From positions 1,568,001 to 1,632,000 of the forward strand of contig OZ244650.1 in assembly GCA_965218785.1 (NCBI GenBank): 64,000 bases of DNA, written 5' to 3'. Below, one piece after another: positions 21,986 to 31,905 of this stretch; the stretch's first letter is position 1, and every line of letters begins with the position of its first letter. Source of the DNA: Nitrosopumilus sp. (GTDB lineage: Archaea > Thermoproteota > Nitrososphaeria > Nitrososphaerales > Nitrosopumilaceae). Position numbers and translations under genes: made by a program. The notes under the pieces are model-generated. The model was not told the DNA's origin. It ran no database searches and was given only the letters and a program-made list of their open reading frames with translations.

Positions 21986-22753
21986 TCACTCCTTACTTTT
22001 CCTTACCTCAGGTCTGAGTTCGGTCATAATGTCTTTTTGGAACCTTAGTAATGATTCATCATCTTCAGATACTCTGGGTCGTGGAAGGTTATTGACCATT
22101 TCCTTTTTGATAACGGAGGGGCGGTTGCTAAAAATAGCTACCTTGGTTCCAAGTACCGCCGCTTCGGCGACATTGTGAGTCACAAACAGTATGGTCTTCT
22201 TTGTTTTTTCCCAAATCAGCTGCATCTCAACTAAAAGTAAGTTACGTGTTGGCGTATCAAGTGCCGCAAACGGCTCATCCATTAGCAATACATCAGGATC
22301 CATTACAAGTGCGCGAGCTATGGCTACACGCTGCTTCATTCCCGTTGAAAGCTGGAAAATATACGAATCTGCAAATTTTGTCATCTGCATCATATCCAGA
22401 TATCTATTTGATATCTCGGTTCGTTCCTCTTGTGGAATACCTGCCATCTTTAATCCAAATTCAACATTGTCCTGAACCTTGAGCCATGGAAACAGTGCGC
22501 CTTCCTGAAATACCATGATTCTCTCAGGGCTGGTTTCAGAAACCGGATGCCCATCAAAGAGAATCTGGCCTTCATCAGGTGTTTCCAAGCCTGCAACTAT
22601 GCGTAAAAAGGTGGATTTTCCACATCCCGAAGGACCCACTAGACATACAAAGTCGCCGGCCTCAACTTTGAGGTTGACGCCGCCAAGCGCCTTGAGTTTG
22701 TGTGAATCATGAACAAAATATTTTACAATGTTTTTGGCCTCCAGTTTGGTCAT
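21986..22753 (-). CDS. ABC transporter ATPase (SsuB/TauB-like)
   Basis: GPSGCGKST, LSTGMKQR, MDEPFAALD. Confidence 0.92.
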   Translation of the reverse strand: MTKLEAKNIVKYFVHDSHKLKALGGVNLKVEAGDFVCLVGPSGCGKSTFLRIVAGLETPDEGQILFDGHPVSETSPERIMVFQEGALFPWLKVQDNVEFGLKMAGIPQEERTEISNRYLDMMQMTKFADSYIFQLSTGMKQRVAIARALVMDPDVLLMDEPFAALDTPTRNLLLVEMQLIWEKTKKTILFVTHNVAEAAVLGTKVAIFSNRPSVIKKEMVNNLPRPRVSEDDESLLRFQKDIMTELRPEVRKSKE

Positions 22754-23776
22754 CTAGATTCCAGCCTCCTCCAAAGAATTTGTATCATGGTAAAAGATGC
22801 CAGACAGATCATATCCATTTCGTCCAAGATATCCAAGTGCGTCTGCTTTTTCAGCAAAGGAGAAGATAGAATCAGGCAGGGGATCTGCAGTAATTACCAA
22901 ATTAGACAGTGCAGTATCTACAACATCATCAGGCAGGGGTTCTCCCAGGTATGAGTCAAGAAAATCATTGAAAACATTTCTAGTTTCTACAGGATGCTCA
23001 TTAATCCAAACACCGGTTTCTTGATGTGCAGTTAAGAAATTGGCAATGACTGTAGGATTCTCCCTAACGTAATCTACATTTCCAATTAACAAAACAGATG
23101 CAAATTCTTTGTCAGGCCAGAGTTCTTCTTCATGGAACAGTCTTGTTCCATCAAGCTCAGTTTCCAAAATTGTAGCCCAAGGTTCTGCAACCCATGCACC
23201 ATCAATATCTCCCTTTACGAATAAGGTGTAGATGTCAGGATTTGGAATGTTGTAAACAACCACAGAGCCTCCCTTTTCAGCAGGTACTAGTCCGTTTTCA
23301 GAAAGGTAGTGGCGCAGGGACACGTCTTGTGTGTTACCAATCTGCGGGGCAGCTATTTTCTTTCCTGCAAAGTCAGAAACAGTGTTTATCTCGGAGCTTG
23401 GATGAACAATAAAACTTGCGCCGCCGCTTGCAGCACCGGCAAGAATCTTTACGTTGTTATTTTCTGAATTCAGGAATCCGTTTATTGCAGGTCCGGGGCC
23501 TACATATCCAACATCAACAGAGTTTGCAAACAGGGATTCTATCACTTGCGGTCCGCTGTCAAAAACCCTGGTTTCAATTTTAGTTTGCTCTCCGGTTTTC
23601 TCTGCAAAGAATCCCTTCTCCATTCCGACAATTGGAATGGCATGTCCAATATTGGGGAAATAGGCAATACGGATTTCGTTTTCGTATATAGTATCACTAG
23701 AATTCAGGGCGATTCCCAGTAAGGAGAACAGGGCAATTCCGATAATTCCTGCGGAGACTACCTTCATGACACTCAT
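22754..23776 (-). CDS. ABC transporter substrate-binding protein (aliphatic sulfonate family)
   Basis: YFPNIGHA, GPGPAING, PQIGNTQD, AWVAEPW; N-terminal membrane anchor. Confidence 0.85.
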   Translation of the reverse strand: MSVMKVVSAGIIGIALFSLLGIALNSSDTIYENEIRIAYFPNIGHAIPIVGMEKGFFAEKTGEQTKIETRVFDSGPQVIESLFANSVDVGYVGPGPAINGFLNSENNNVKILAGAASGGASFIVHPSSEINTVSDFAGKKIAAPQIGNTQDVSLRHYLSENGLVPAEKGGSVVVYNIPNPDIYTLFVKGDIDGAWVAEPWATILETELDGTRLFHEEELWPDKEFASVLLIGNVDYVRENPTVIANFLTAHQETGVWINEHPVETRNVFNDFLDSYLGEPLPDDVVDTALSNLVITADPLPDSIFSFAEKADALGYLGRNGYDLSGIFYHDTNSLEEAGI

Positions 23777-23908
23777 AAAACAGCGTTATATCTGACGGTT
23801 AAATAATCATCGAATTTTAGCTCAAGCTAGTAGGAAATTTTTATGAAAAATATGTGTTTTGGCCTATCACAAAAGATAAATTCCAAAATGTAGTAAAAAA
23901 ATTGTTTT

Positions 23909-25108
23909 ATGACTCAAAAGGGAATTCTCGCATTTTCTGGAGGACTGGATACTTCAGTTGTTGTAAAGTATCTCCAGGAAGAACACGACATGGACGTCAT
24001 TACAGTCACAGTAGATGTTGGGCAGGGCGATGATGCTAAAAAAATCGCAGCAAAGGCAAAAAAACTCGGAGTAAAGAGGCACTACAACATTGATGCACGA
24101 AAAGAATTTGTCAGTGATTATGTTTTTCCATCAATTAAGGCAAATGCACTTTATCAGAAAAAATATTGTCTTGCAACAGCACTTGCAAGGCCATTGATTG
24201 CAGAAAAAATGCTGGATATTGCAAGAAAAGAAAAGGCAACATCGCTGGCACATGGGTGTTCTGGCAAGGGAAATGATCAGGTACGATTTGATATAACGTT
24301 ACGCTCCGGTTCTGAGCTTCCAATCATAGCCCCAATTCGAGACAAAAATCTGGACAGGGTCACCGAACTAAAGTTTGCAAAGAAACACGGAATTCAGATT
24401 GATTCTGTTGCAAAAAAATTCAGCATTGATCAAAACTTGTGGGGACGTGCAATTGAAGGAGGAGTATTAGAGGATCCATACAATGAACCGCCAGATGATG
24501 CATTCATTTGGGTTAAGACAAAAAATTTGCCAGACAAACCAACGTACATGGAGATTGAGTTTGAAAAAGGGATTCCGGTGGGAGTGGATGGAAAAAAAAC
24601 AGAGTCTCAAAAATTAATCCAATACATTAACAAAAAAGCAGGGGACGCAGGTGTCGGAATAATTGATCATATCGAAGACAGAGTCGTTGGAATCAAATCT
24701 CGTGAGGTTTATGAGACACCGGCGGCAACCTGTCTAATTGAGGCACATGCCGATCTAGAAAAAATGGTTCAAACCAAACATGAAAACAGATTCAAGTCCA
24801 TAATAGATGACGAATGGACGTATTTGGTGTATTCAGGACTCTGGCAGGATCCCCTTAAAACAGACCTGGATGGATTCATCGAAAGATCACAAAAACCGGT
24901 GTCGGGAACTGTGAGGCTAAAGCTGTACAAAGGAGGCCTGAGGGTGGTTGGAAGAAAATCCAAGAACTCGCTGTATAGTCACGATATTGCCACTTATGGC
25001 GCAGAATCAACATTTGATCAGAGATTGGCCAAGGGATTTGTAGAATTGTGGGGAATGCAATCAACAGAAGCTAATAAATTACAAAAGAAAAGGTCAACAA
25101 AAACATGA
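23909..25108 (+). CDS. argG: Argininosuccinate synthase
   Basis: AFSGGLDTS, HGCSGKGNDQVRF, KSREVYE. Confidence 0.95.
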   Translation: MTQKGILAFSGGLDTSVVVKYLQEEHDMDVITVTVDVGQGDDAKKIAAKAKKLGVKRHYNIDARKEFVSDYVFPSIKANALYQKKYCLATALARPLIAEKMLDIARKEKATSLAHGCSGKGNDQVRFDITLRSGSELPIIAPIRDKNLDRVTELKFAKKHGIQIDSVAKKFSIDQNLWGRAIEGGVLEDPYNEPPDDAFIWVKTKNLPDKPTYMEIEFEKGIPVGVDGKKTESQKLIQYINKKAGDAGVGIIDHIEDRVVGIKSREVYETPAATCLIEAHADLEKMVQTKHENRFKSIIDDEWTYLVYSGLWQDPLKTDLDGFIERSQKPVSGTVRLKLYKGGLRVVGRKSKNSLYSHDIATYGAESTFDQRLAKGFVELWGMQSTEANKLQKKRSTKT

Positions 25109-25272
25109 ACTGCCCAGAATGTGACGCAGTATTAGACATCCCAGTAGATGCCTCAGTTGGAGAAATAATCTCCTGTCCTGATTGTGGCGCTGACTTTGAA
25201 ATCGCAAAAAAAGACGGATCAAATGTAGAGCTCAAACAGGCAGAAAGCGTAGGCGAAGACTGGGGAGAGTAA
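25105..25272 (+). CDS. lysW: Amino-group carrier protein LysW, copy 1 (55 aa, not in ORF track)
   Basis: MNCPECD...CPDCG...VGEDWGE*; zinc ribbon and canonical C-terminal EDWGE. Confidence 0.95.
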   Translation: MNCPECDAVLDIPVDASVGEIISCPDCGADFEIAKKDGSNVELKQAESVGEDWGE

Positions 25273-26129
25273 TGTCCAAAGTCTGTATTGTGTTTGATCG
25301 TCTAAGATCTGAGGAAAAGATGCTTCAGAAAGAGGCCTTGGAACTAGGACATGATGCAGTGATGCTCGATGCAAAAATCACTCAGATCAACACAGATAGT
25401 AAAAAAGAAGACTATGACTTTGGAGATGTCGTTTTGGAGAGATGTGTCAGTTACATCAGGGGGCTACATTTTACTGCCAGTCTGGAATTTTTGGATGTTC
25501 CAGTTTTGAACAAGTTCCAAGTTGCAAGTGTCTGTGGAAACAAAATGTTCATGAGCCTGCTTTTGAAGAAAAACAACATTCCAACGCCCAAGACATACTT
25601 TTCATTTTCAAGCCAAAGTGCGGCTGAAAATTTGGAGAAGGTCGGATATCCGCTTGTGATCAAACCAGTAATAGGAAGTTGGGGAAGGGGAATAGTTCCA
25701 ATTAAAGACAAGGATACCATGGATGCGATCACCGAGGTAAGGGACATTACAGACAATCTGCACGATCGAATCTACTATCTACAAGAATTAGTCAAGAGAC
25801 CTCCAAGAGATATCCGGGTGGTCACAGTAGGAGACGAGCCTGTCGCAGCAATGTACAGAAAATCATCAGGGGGGTTTAAGACAAACATAGCACTTGGTGC
25901 GGATCCAGAACTCTGTGAGATCACAAAAGAGATGGAGGAGATGGCATCAAAAGCATCAAAGGCCATGGGTGGCGGAATTTTAGGAGTAGATATGATGGAA
26001 GACGAGGAGAGGGGCCTAGTTGTTCATGAAGTAAATAATACGGTGGAATTCAAAGGACTGGCAAGAGTTGCAAAACGGAATATTCCAAAAGAAATGATGG
26101 AATTTGCCCTAAACTACGTTAGGAAATAA
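25272..26129 (+). CDS. argX: ATP-grasp LysW ligase, ArgX-type (glutamate-LysW ligase)
   Basis: KPVIGSWGR, RDIR, HEVN; EFKGL resembles the ArgX-type motif; next to argG. Confidence 0.75.
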   Translation: MSKVCIVFDRLRSEEKMLQKEALELGHDAVMLDAKITQINTDSKKEDYDFGDVVLERCVSYIRGLHFTASLEFLDVPVLNKFQVASVCGNKMFMSLLLKKNNIPTPKTYFSFSSQSAAENLEKVGYPLVIKPVIGSWGRGIVPIKDKDTMDAITEVRDITDNLHDRIYYLQELVKRPPRDIRVVTVGDEPVAAMYRKSSGGFKTNIALGADPELCEITKEMEEMASKASKAMGGGILGVDMMEDEERGLVVHEVNNTVEFKGLARVAKRNIPKEMMEFALNYVRK

Positions 26130-26157
26130 ATTATACTCCCTGACGAGGAGGTTTATC

Positions 26158-27204
26158 ATGAAAGTAGGCATAGTAGGAGCGTCAGGTTATGTTGGAGGGG
26201 AAACACTCCGTCTTCTTGTCAATCATCCGGATGTCGAAATTAGCATGGTAACATCAAGACAGCATGTTGGGGAATACCTCCACAGAGTACAGCCTAGTTT
26301 GAAGGGATTCACCGATCTTACTTTCTCAGAACTAGACTATGATAAACTGACTGACAATTGTGATCTGGTTTTCACGGCGGTTCCACACGGTACTGCGACT
26401 GAAATCGTAAAGGCGCTCTATGACAGGGGTATCAAAATAATTGACTTGAGTGCAGATTACAGACTTCATAATCAGGAGGCTTACGACAAATGGTATGGAT
26501 GGAAACATCCACATCCTGATTACCTGTCAAAATCGGTTTTCGGCATTCCAGAGCTGCACAGGGAGAAAATCAAAAAGGCACAGCTTGTCTCTTGCCCGGG
26601 ATGCATGGCAGTTACATCAATACTGGCACTTGCACCATTAATTCGAAATAACATTATTGATACAGAACACATCATAGTTGATTCAAAGATCGGTTCTTCT
26701 GGCGCAGGTTCCGGTTCAGGAACCGCACACGCAATGAGGGCAGGAGTAATCAGACCATACAAACCAGCAAAGCACAGGCACACAGGCGAAATTGAACAGG
26801 AGCTTGGTGAAATTGCAGGAAAGAAGATACGTGTTTCAATGAGTCCACATGCAGTGGATGTAGTTCGTGGAATTTTATGTACGAATCATACCTTCATGAA
26901 CAAGGATGTAGAAGAGAAGGAATTATGGAAATTATATCGACAGGCATACGGTGAAGAGAAATTTATAAGACTGATTAGGGACAAAAAGGGATTGTACAAA
27001 TTCCCGGATCCAAAGTTCTTGGTAGGTTCAAACTTTTGCGATATTGGATTTGACTTGGACGAAGATAATCACAGATTAATTGCATTGTCTGCATCAGATA
27101 ACTTGATGAAGGGTGCAGCAGGCTCTGCCATTCAAAACATGAATGTCATGTGTGGTTTTGATGAAATGGACGGGCTGAGATACACGCCGTTGACTCCTGT
27201 TTAG
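26158..27204 (+). CDS. lysY: LysW-gamma-aminoadipyl/glutamyl-phosphate reductase (LysY/ArgC)
   Basis: GASGYVG, DLSADYR, PGC, DNLMKGAAG. Confidence 0.9.
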   Translation: MKVGIVGASGYVGGETLRLLVNHPDVEISMVTSRQHVGEYLHRVQPSLKGFTDLTFSELDYDKLTDNCDLVFTAVPHGTATEIVKALYDRGIKIIDLSADYRLHNQEAYDKWYGWKHPHPDYLSKSVFGIPELHREKIKKAQLVSCPGCMAVTSILALAPLIRNNIIDTEHIIVDSKIGSSGAGSGSGTAHAMRAGVIRPYKPAKHRHTGEIEQELGEIAGKKIRVSMSPHAVDVVRGILCTNHTFMNKDVEEKELWKLYRQAYGEEKFIRLIRDKKGLYKFPDPKFLVGSNFCDIGFDLDEDNHRLIALSASDNLMKGAAGSAIQNMNVMCGFDEMDGLRYTPLTPV

Positions 27205-27206
27205 AA

Positions 27207-28010
27207 ATGATCACAATCAAAATTGGCGGAAGTGTTGTAGACGACTTGCATCCATCCATAATTACAGACATTAAAAAAATAATAGAGTCAGAAGGGCTGA
27301 TTCTGGTTCACGGAGGCGGAAAGGAAGTTACAAAAGTTTGTAAGCAGCTTGGAAAGGAACCAAGATTTGTGAAATCACCAAGTGGAATTAAAAGCAGGTA
27401 TACTGACAAGGAGACTGTGGAAATTTTTACGATGGTAATGTCTGGTAGAATAAACAAAACAATTGTTCAGATGCTTCAGAAAAACGGCATTAATGCAGTC
27501 GGTCTGTCAGGCGTTGATGCCAGAGTTATAGAGGCCGACAGAAAGAAGAAACTCATCATAGTTAACGAAAAAGGCAGAAAACAGGCAATTGACGGCGGAT
27601 ATACTGGAAAGATTACCAATGTGAATGCCGGGTTTATCAAATCACTCCTAGAGCAGGGACTTACGCCTGTTATTTCACCCATAGCAATCAGCGAAGAGTC
27701 CGAATTTCTTAATGTGGACGGGGATCGGGCCGCGGCATATGTTGCCGGAAAGACAGGCAGCGACAAGGTATTATTCATCACAAATGTTGATGGATTATTA
27801 ATGGATGACAAACTTGTTCCCAAACTGACATTGGCAGAAGCAAGGGAGATTAGACCAAAGATAGGACCCGGTATGGAAAAGAAAATTTTGGCATCAACAG
27901 AGGCCCTGGATATGGGTGTAAGGCAGGCATTAATTGCAAATGGTCAGAAAGAGAATCCAATATCTTCTGCAATCGCACATGACAACTGTACGGTGATTGA
28001 ACATGAGTGA
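27207..28010 (+). CDS. lysZ: LysW-aminoadipate/glutamate kinase (LysZ/ArgB)
   Basis: KIGGS, VHGGG, LNVDGD. Confidence 0.9.
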   Translation: MITIKIGGSVVDDLHPSIITDIKKIIESEGLILVHGGGKEVTKVCKQLGKEPRFVKSPSGIKSRYTDKETVEIFTMVMSGRINKTIVQMLQKNGINAVGLSGVDARVIEADRKKKLIIVNEKGRKQAIDGGYTGKITNVNAGFIKSLLEQGLTPVISPIAISEESEFLNVDGDRAAAYVAGKTGSDKVLFITNVDGLLMDDKLVPKLTLAEAREIRPKIGPGMEKKILASTEALDMGVRQALIANGQKENPISSAIAHDNCTVIEHE

Positions 28011-29184
28011 GGATCAATTTATGGGAAACCTCTATCAGAGATTTCCAGTCACAATTGAGAGAGGGGCGGGATCCCACGTATGGGATGTCGATGGGAAAGA
28101 ATACATTGATTGCATGGGAGGATACGGTGTTGCACTAGTCGGTCATCAAAATCATAGAGTCAACAACGCAATAAGAGAGCAGATTGATAAAATAATCACT
28201 GTTCACAGTTCATTATACAACAAAACAAGGGAGGAATTTTTAAAGACACTCATTGGGCTGGCTCCCAAGGGACTCACACAAGTTCATCTAAACAATAGTG
28301 GTGCAGAGGCAGTAGAGGCCGCAATAAAGTTTGCAAGAAAGTTTACAGGTAAAAAGGGAATGGTTGCAATGAAAGGCTCTTACCACGGAAAATCTTTTGG
28401 AGCCCTGTCATTAACGTTTAGCCCAAAATACAAAAAAGCATTTGCCCCGCTTGTGGAGAAGGTCTCCTTTGCATCCTACGGGGATATTGAATCGCTTCGT
28501 GCAACAATAGATGATGATACGGCATTTGTAATCCTGGAGCCGATTCAGGGGGAAAGCGGCATCATTGTTGCACCAGAAGGGTTTTTGCAGGATGTAAGAA
28601 AGCTTTGTGATGAGAGGGGAATCCTGTTGATTTTTGACGAGATACAGTCAGGTTTGGGCAGAACCGGACGATTATGGGCCTGCGATCACTGGAATACAGC
28701 ACCTGATATTATGTGTCTTGCAAAAGGAATAGCAGGAGGGGTGCCGATGGGGGCAACCCTTGTCAGACCGGACATTTTATCTTCAATGAGCAAGGGGGAG
28801 CATTCCTCCACATTTGGAGGAAATCCCATGTCTTGCGCAGCGGGAACCGCGGCCCTTAAAGCATTAACAGAGGACGGATTGATTGAAAATTCTGAAAAAA
28901 TGGGAAAAATTTTCAGGGAAGGATTGGAAAAACTAAAAGAGAAACACACCATGATTAGAGAAGTTCGCGGAAAGGGACTCATGATAGGAATAGAGATAAA
29001 GTTTGAGATCAGGGATATTCTGATGGGGCTGATAAGTAAAGGCGTTCTAATGTTATACTCTGGAAGAAACATCCTAAGAATACTGCCACCCCTTGTAATA
29101 TCTGAAGAGGACATAACAAAAGTTTTACATGCACTTGATTCTGTATTAACTGAAGAGGAGCAAAAACGTAATGTACAAGGATAA
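28003..29184 (+). CDS. lysJ: LysW-lysine/ornithine aminotransferase (LysJ/ArgD), class III PLP
   Basis: SGAEAVE, EPIQGE, DEIQSGLGRTG, AKGIAGG. Confidence 0.9.
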   Translation: MSEDQFMGNLYQRFPVTIERGAGSHVWDVDGKEYIDCMGGYGVALVGHQNHRVNNAIREQIDKIITVHSSLYNKTREEFLKTLIGLAPKGLTQVHLNNSGAEAVEAAIKFARKFTGKKGMVAMKGSYHGKSFGALSLTFSPKYKKAFAPLVEKVSFASYGDIESLRATIDDDTAFVILEPIQGESGIIVAPEGFLQDVRKLCDERGILLIFDEIQSGLGRTGRLWACDHWNTAPDIMCLAKGIAGGVPMGATLVRPDILSSMSKGEHSSTFGGNPMSCAAGTAALKALTEDGLIENSEKMGKIFREGLEKLKEKHTMIREVRGKGLMIGIEIKFEIRDILMGLISKGVLMLYSGRNILRILPPLVISEEDITKVLHALDSVLTEEEQKRNVQG

Positions 29185-29590
29185 TATCGATCAAAAAATC
29201 ATAGGATATCTAAAGGAAAATTCCAGAGAATCCTTTGTAGATATTGGGAAAAAACTGAAACTTTCTGAATCAGCAGTGAGAAGACGTGTTAAAAATTTGA
29301 TAGGTGGCGGGATAATCAAAAAATTTACTTTGGAGTTAGGGGAAGAAAATGCGACTAGCGCCATTGTTTTAGTTTCCGTGGATTCTGCAACAGACACATC
29401 CAAAGTCTCCCAAAAACTTGTCAAATTAGAGGGAGTAAAAACAGTTTATGAGATTACAGGTCAATACGACATTACGACGATTATTAGTGCGGCGACAATT
29501 ACCGAAATCAACAACAGCATTGATGCGTTAAGAAAAATTCTCGGTGTTGTTGACACAAATACCGTAATTATTTTGAAAAAAGTAGTCTAA
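29171..29590 (+). CDS. lysM: Lrp/AsnC-family regulator LysM
   Basis: HTH LSESAVRRRV, YEITGQYD; lies within the lys/arg cluster. Confidence 0.85.
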   Translation: MYKDNIDQKIIGYLKENSRESFVDIGKKLKLSESAVRRRVKNLIGGGIIKKFTLELGEENATSAIVLVSVDSATDTSKVSQKLVKLEGVKTVYEITGQYDITTIISAATITEINNSIDALRKILGVVDTNTVIILKKVV

Positions 29591-29706
29591 AACGATATTC
29601 GCATCATAATTTTAAATCAAAACTAAATTAGGATCATAGTTAGTTAATATCAACGAACATAGTACGAATATGTTTATATTCCTAATTTCAAGCAACGATT
29701 TTAGCA

Positions 29707-30873
29707 ATGAAAGATCCGAATTACTATGCAGACATTTACAACGCATACGACAAAAATCCAAAGAAGATCAAGGTATTGGACAGTACTTTAAGGGAAGGCG
29801 AACAGCATCCCGGTGTTTCATTTACAAACAAACAAAGAATTCAGATTGCATGGATGTTGGATTATTTCGGGGTGGATCAAATTGAAATATCCCCGATTGT
29901 CTCCAGTGATCATAAAGAGGCAACCAAGACGATCATCAAACAAGGATTGACGGCAGACATTGTTTCACACGGACGTGCACTCAAAAAAGACATTGATGTA
30001 TCACTAGATTGTGATGCAAAATGGTGTGCCGTATATTTGGGAATCTCAGATATTCATCTAAAAGACAAGCTACGTATCTCAAAAGAGGAGGCACTTCACA
30101 GGGCAGTTGAGACTGTAGAGTATGCAAAATCTCACGGTCTTAAAGTTAGGTTTACAGTAGAAGACGGAAGCAGGGCAGAGCCCCAATTTTTACTCAGAGT
30201 GTGCAGTGCAATAGAGAAAGCAGGAGTTGACAGGATTAGTCTTCCAGATACGGTCGGGATTTTGCGTCCGATTGGAATGTATAATTTTGTCAAGAAGGTC
30301 AGAGAGGTAGTCGATGTTCCATTGGATGCACATGTTCACAACGACATGGGATTTGCAGTGGCAAATGCGTTTTCGGCCTGTGATGCAGGAGTCGACCAGA
30401 TTCATACTACTATTGACGGGATTGGGGAAAGAACCGGAATACCGCCACTAGCCGAAGTCGCAGTAGCACTGACTTTTCTATACAAGTCATCAAATGACTT
30501 TAGACTAGATATGCTGCTGGATCTGTCTAGATTAATCGAACAGTACACGTCAATCAAACCATATGACTCAAAACCCATCGTAGGATCATCGGCGTACAAA
30601 CACAAGGCAGGAACGCACCTGGCTGCAATTCTCAGAAATCCCGCAGCTTATGAGCCCATTCCACCACGCGTGGTTGGAAATAGAAGAAGAATTGTGTTCG
30701 GGGAACTGGCAGGAAAAACAGGAGCTGCATATCTGATGTCATTATTGGGTTTGAGCAAGGATGACGAGGGGGCAAAGGCAGTCGCTGCAGGACTAAAGGC
30801 TCTTAGAATGGGAGATCTTATCGAGATTCCCCTTGAGGACAGGCTTGAAAAAAAGATAATTAGTGATAAATAG
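29707..30873 (+). CDS. Homocitrate synthase (LeuA/DRE-TIM family)
   Basis: DSTLREGEQ, HVHNDMG, GIGERTG, HKAGTH; upstream of lysW2-lysX-lysK. Confidence 0.8.
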   Translation: MKDPNYYADIYNAYDKNPKKIKVLDSTLREGEQHPGVSFTNKQRIQIAWMLDYFGVDQIEISPIVSSDHKEATKTIIKQGLTADIVSHGRALKKDIDVSLDCDAKWCAVYLGISDIHLKDKLRISKEEALHRAVETVEYAKSHGLKVRFTVEDGSRAEPQFLLRVCSAIEKAGVDRISLPDTVGILRPIGMYNFVKKVREVVDVPLDAHVHNDMGFAVANAFSACDAGVDQIHTTIDGIGERTGIPPLAEVAVALTFLYKSSNDFRLDMLLDLSRLIEQYTSIKPYDSKPIVGSSAYKHKAGTHLAAILRNPAAYEPIPPRVVGNRRRIVFGELAGKTGAAYLMSLLGLSKDDEGAKAVAAGLKALRMGDLIEIPLEDRLEKKIISDK

Positions 30874-30895
30874 AGAGGATAGATGAGGAGAAACT

Positions 30896-31063
30896 ATGTC
30901 AAAATGTGAAGAATGCGATGCAGATATTCCCATACCAGCTGATGCGCTTGAAGGGGAGATTGTGACATGTCCGGAATGTGGTGCAAGTTTCGAGTTGGCT
31001 AAAAGTTCGGATGGTTTCAATCTAAAGCCTGCCCAAACAGTCGGCGAGGACTGGGGGCAGTGA
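30896..31063 (+). CDS. lysW: LysW paralog, copy 2 (55 aa) ending in EDWGQ (not in ORF track)
   Basis: GAGGAG RBS; MSKCEECD...CPECG...VGEDWGQ*; overlaps the GTG start of lysX. Confidence 0.92.
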   Translation: MSKCEECDADIPIPADALEGEIVTCPECGASFELAKSSDGFNLKPAQTVGEDWGQ

Positions 31064-31902
31064 GTCCTGACGTTACTATTCTTTATGATACCATCCGTTG
31101 GGAAGAAAAAGCTCTGCTAAAAGCTGGTAAAAAAAAGAATATCGATATTCAAATGATAGATTGTAAAAAGTTGGCAGTGGATTTGGAAAAAAAACCCGAA
31201 GAGTATGGCACTGTTATCCAGAGATGCGTGAGTTACTATAGAAATCTGCATTCAACTGCAGCCCTTGAGGGATTGGGGGTCAGGGTAATCAATTGTCTTA
31301 ACACGGGTATTTTTGCAGGAAATAAATTATTCACACACATGTTGTTGAAAAAATTTGGAGTGCCAACTCCAGATGCGACAGTTGCCTTTTCAAAAGATGC
31401 CGCAGTTGACGCATTAGAGAAACATGGATTTCCCAGAGTAATCAAGCCAACAGTTGGTAGTTGGGGCAGACTAGTCTCAAAATTAAATGACAAAGAGTCT
31501 GCTGAGGGAATTATTGAAAGCAGGGAAAACTTGTATCCAATTTATCACATTCACTATCTAGAAGAGTTTGTAAAAAGGCCTCCAAGGGATATCAGGGCCA
31601 TAGTGGTAGGAGATAGAATAGTTGCGGCAATTTACAGAAACTCCAAGAATTGGAAGACAAACATGGCACTTGGAGGAGTGGCAGAGCCATGCAAGGTCAC
31701 GCCGGAAATGGAAGAAATGTGTATAAAGGCAAAAAAGGCAGTTCAGGGGGATATCGTGGGTGTAGATTTGATGGAAAGCAATGAGAAAGGACTAGTGGTT
31801 CACGAAGTTAACAATACAACAGAATACAAGAATACTGTAAGGGTGTGCGAAATAGATATTCCCTCATTAATGCTCGATTATGCACTCAAAACAGGCAGGT
31901 AG
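31060..31902 (+). CDS. lysX: ATP-grasp LysW ligase, LysX-type (alpha-aminoadipate-LysW ligase)
   Basis: KPTVGSWGR, WKTNMALG, EYKNT resembles the LysX-type motif. Confidence 0.8.
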   Translation: MSPDVTILYDTIRWEEKALLKAGKKKNIDIQMIDCKKLAVDLEKKPEEYGTVIQRCVSYYRNLHSTAALEGLGVRVINCLNTGIFAGNKLFTHMLLKKFGVPTPDATVAFSKDAAVDALEKHGFPRVIKPTVGSWGRLVSKLNDKESAEGIIESRENLYPIYHIHYLEEFVKRPPRDIRAIVVGDRIVAAIYRNSKNWKTNMALGGVAEPCKVTPEMEEMCIKAKKAVQGDIVGVDLMESNEKGLVVHEVNNTTEYKNTVRVCEIDIPSLMLDYALKTGR

Positions 31903-31905
31903 GAA

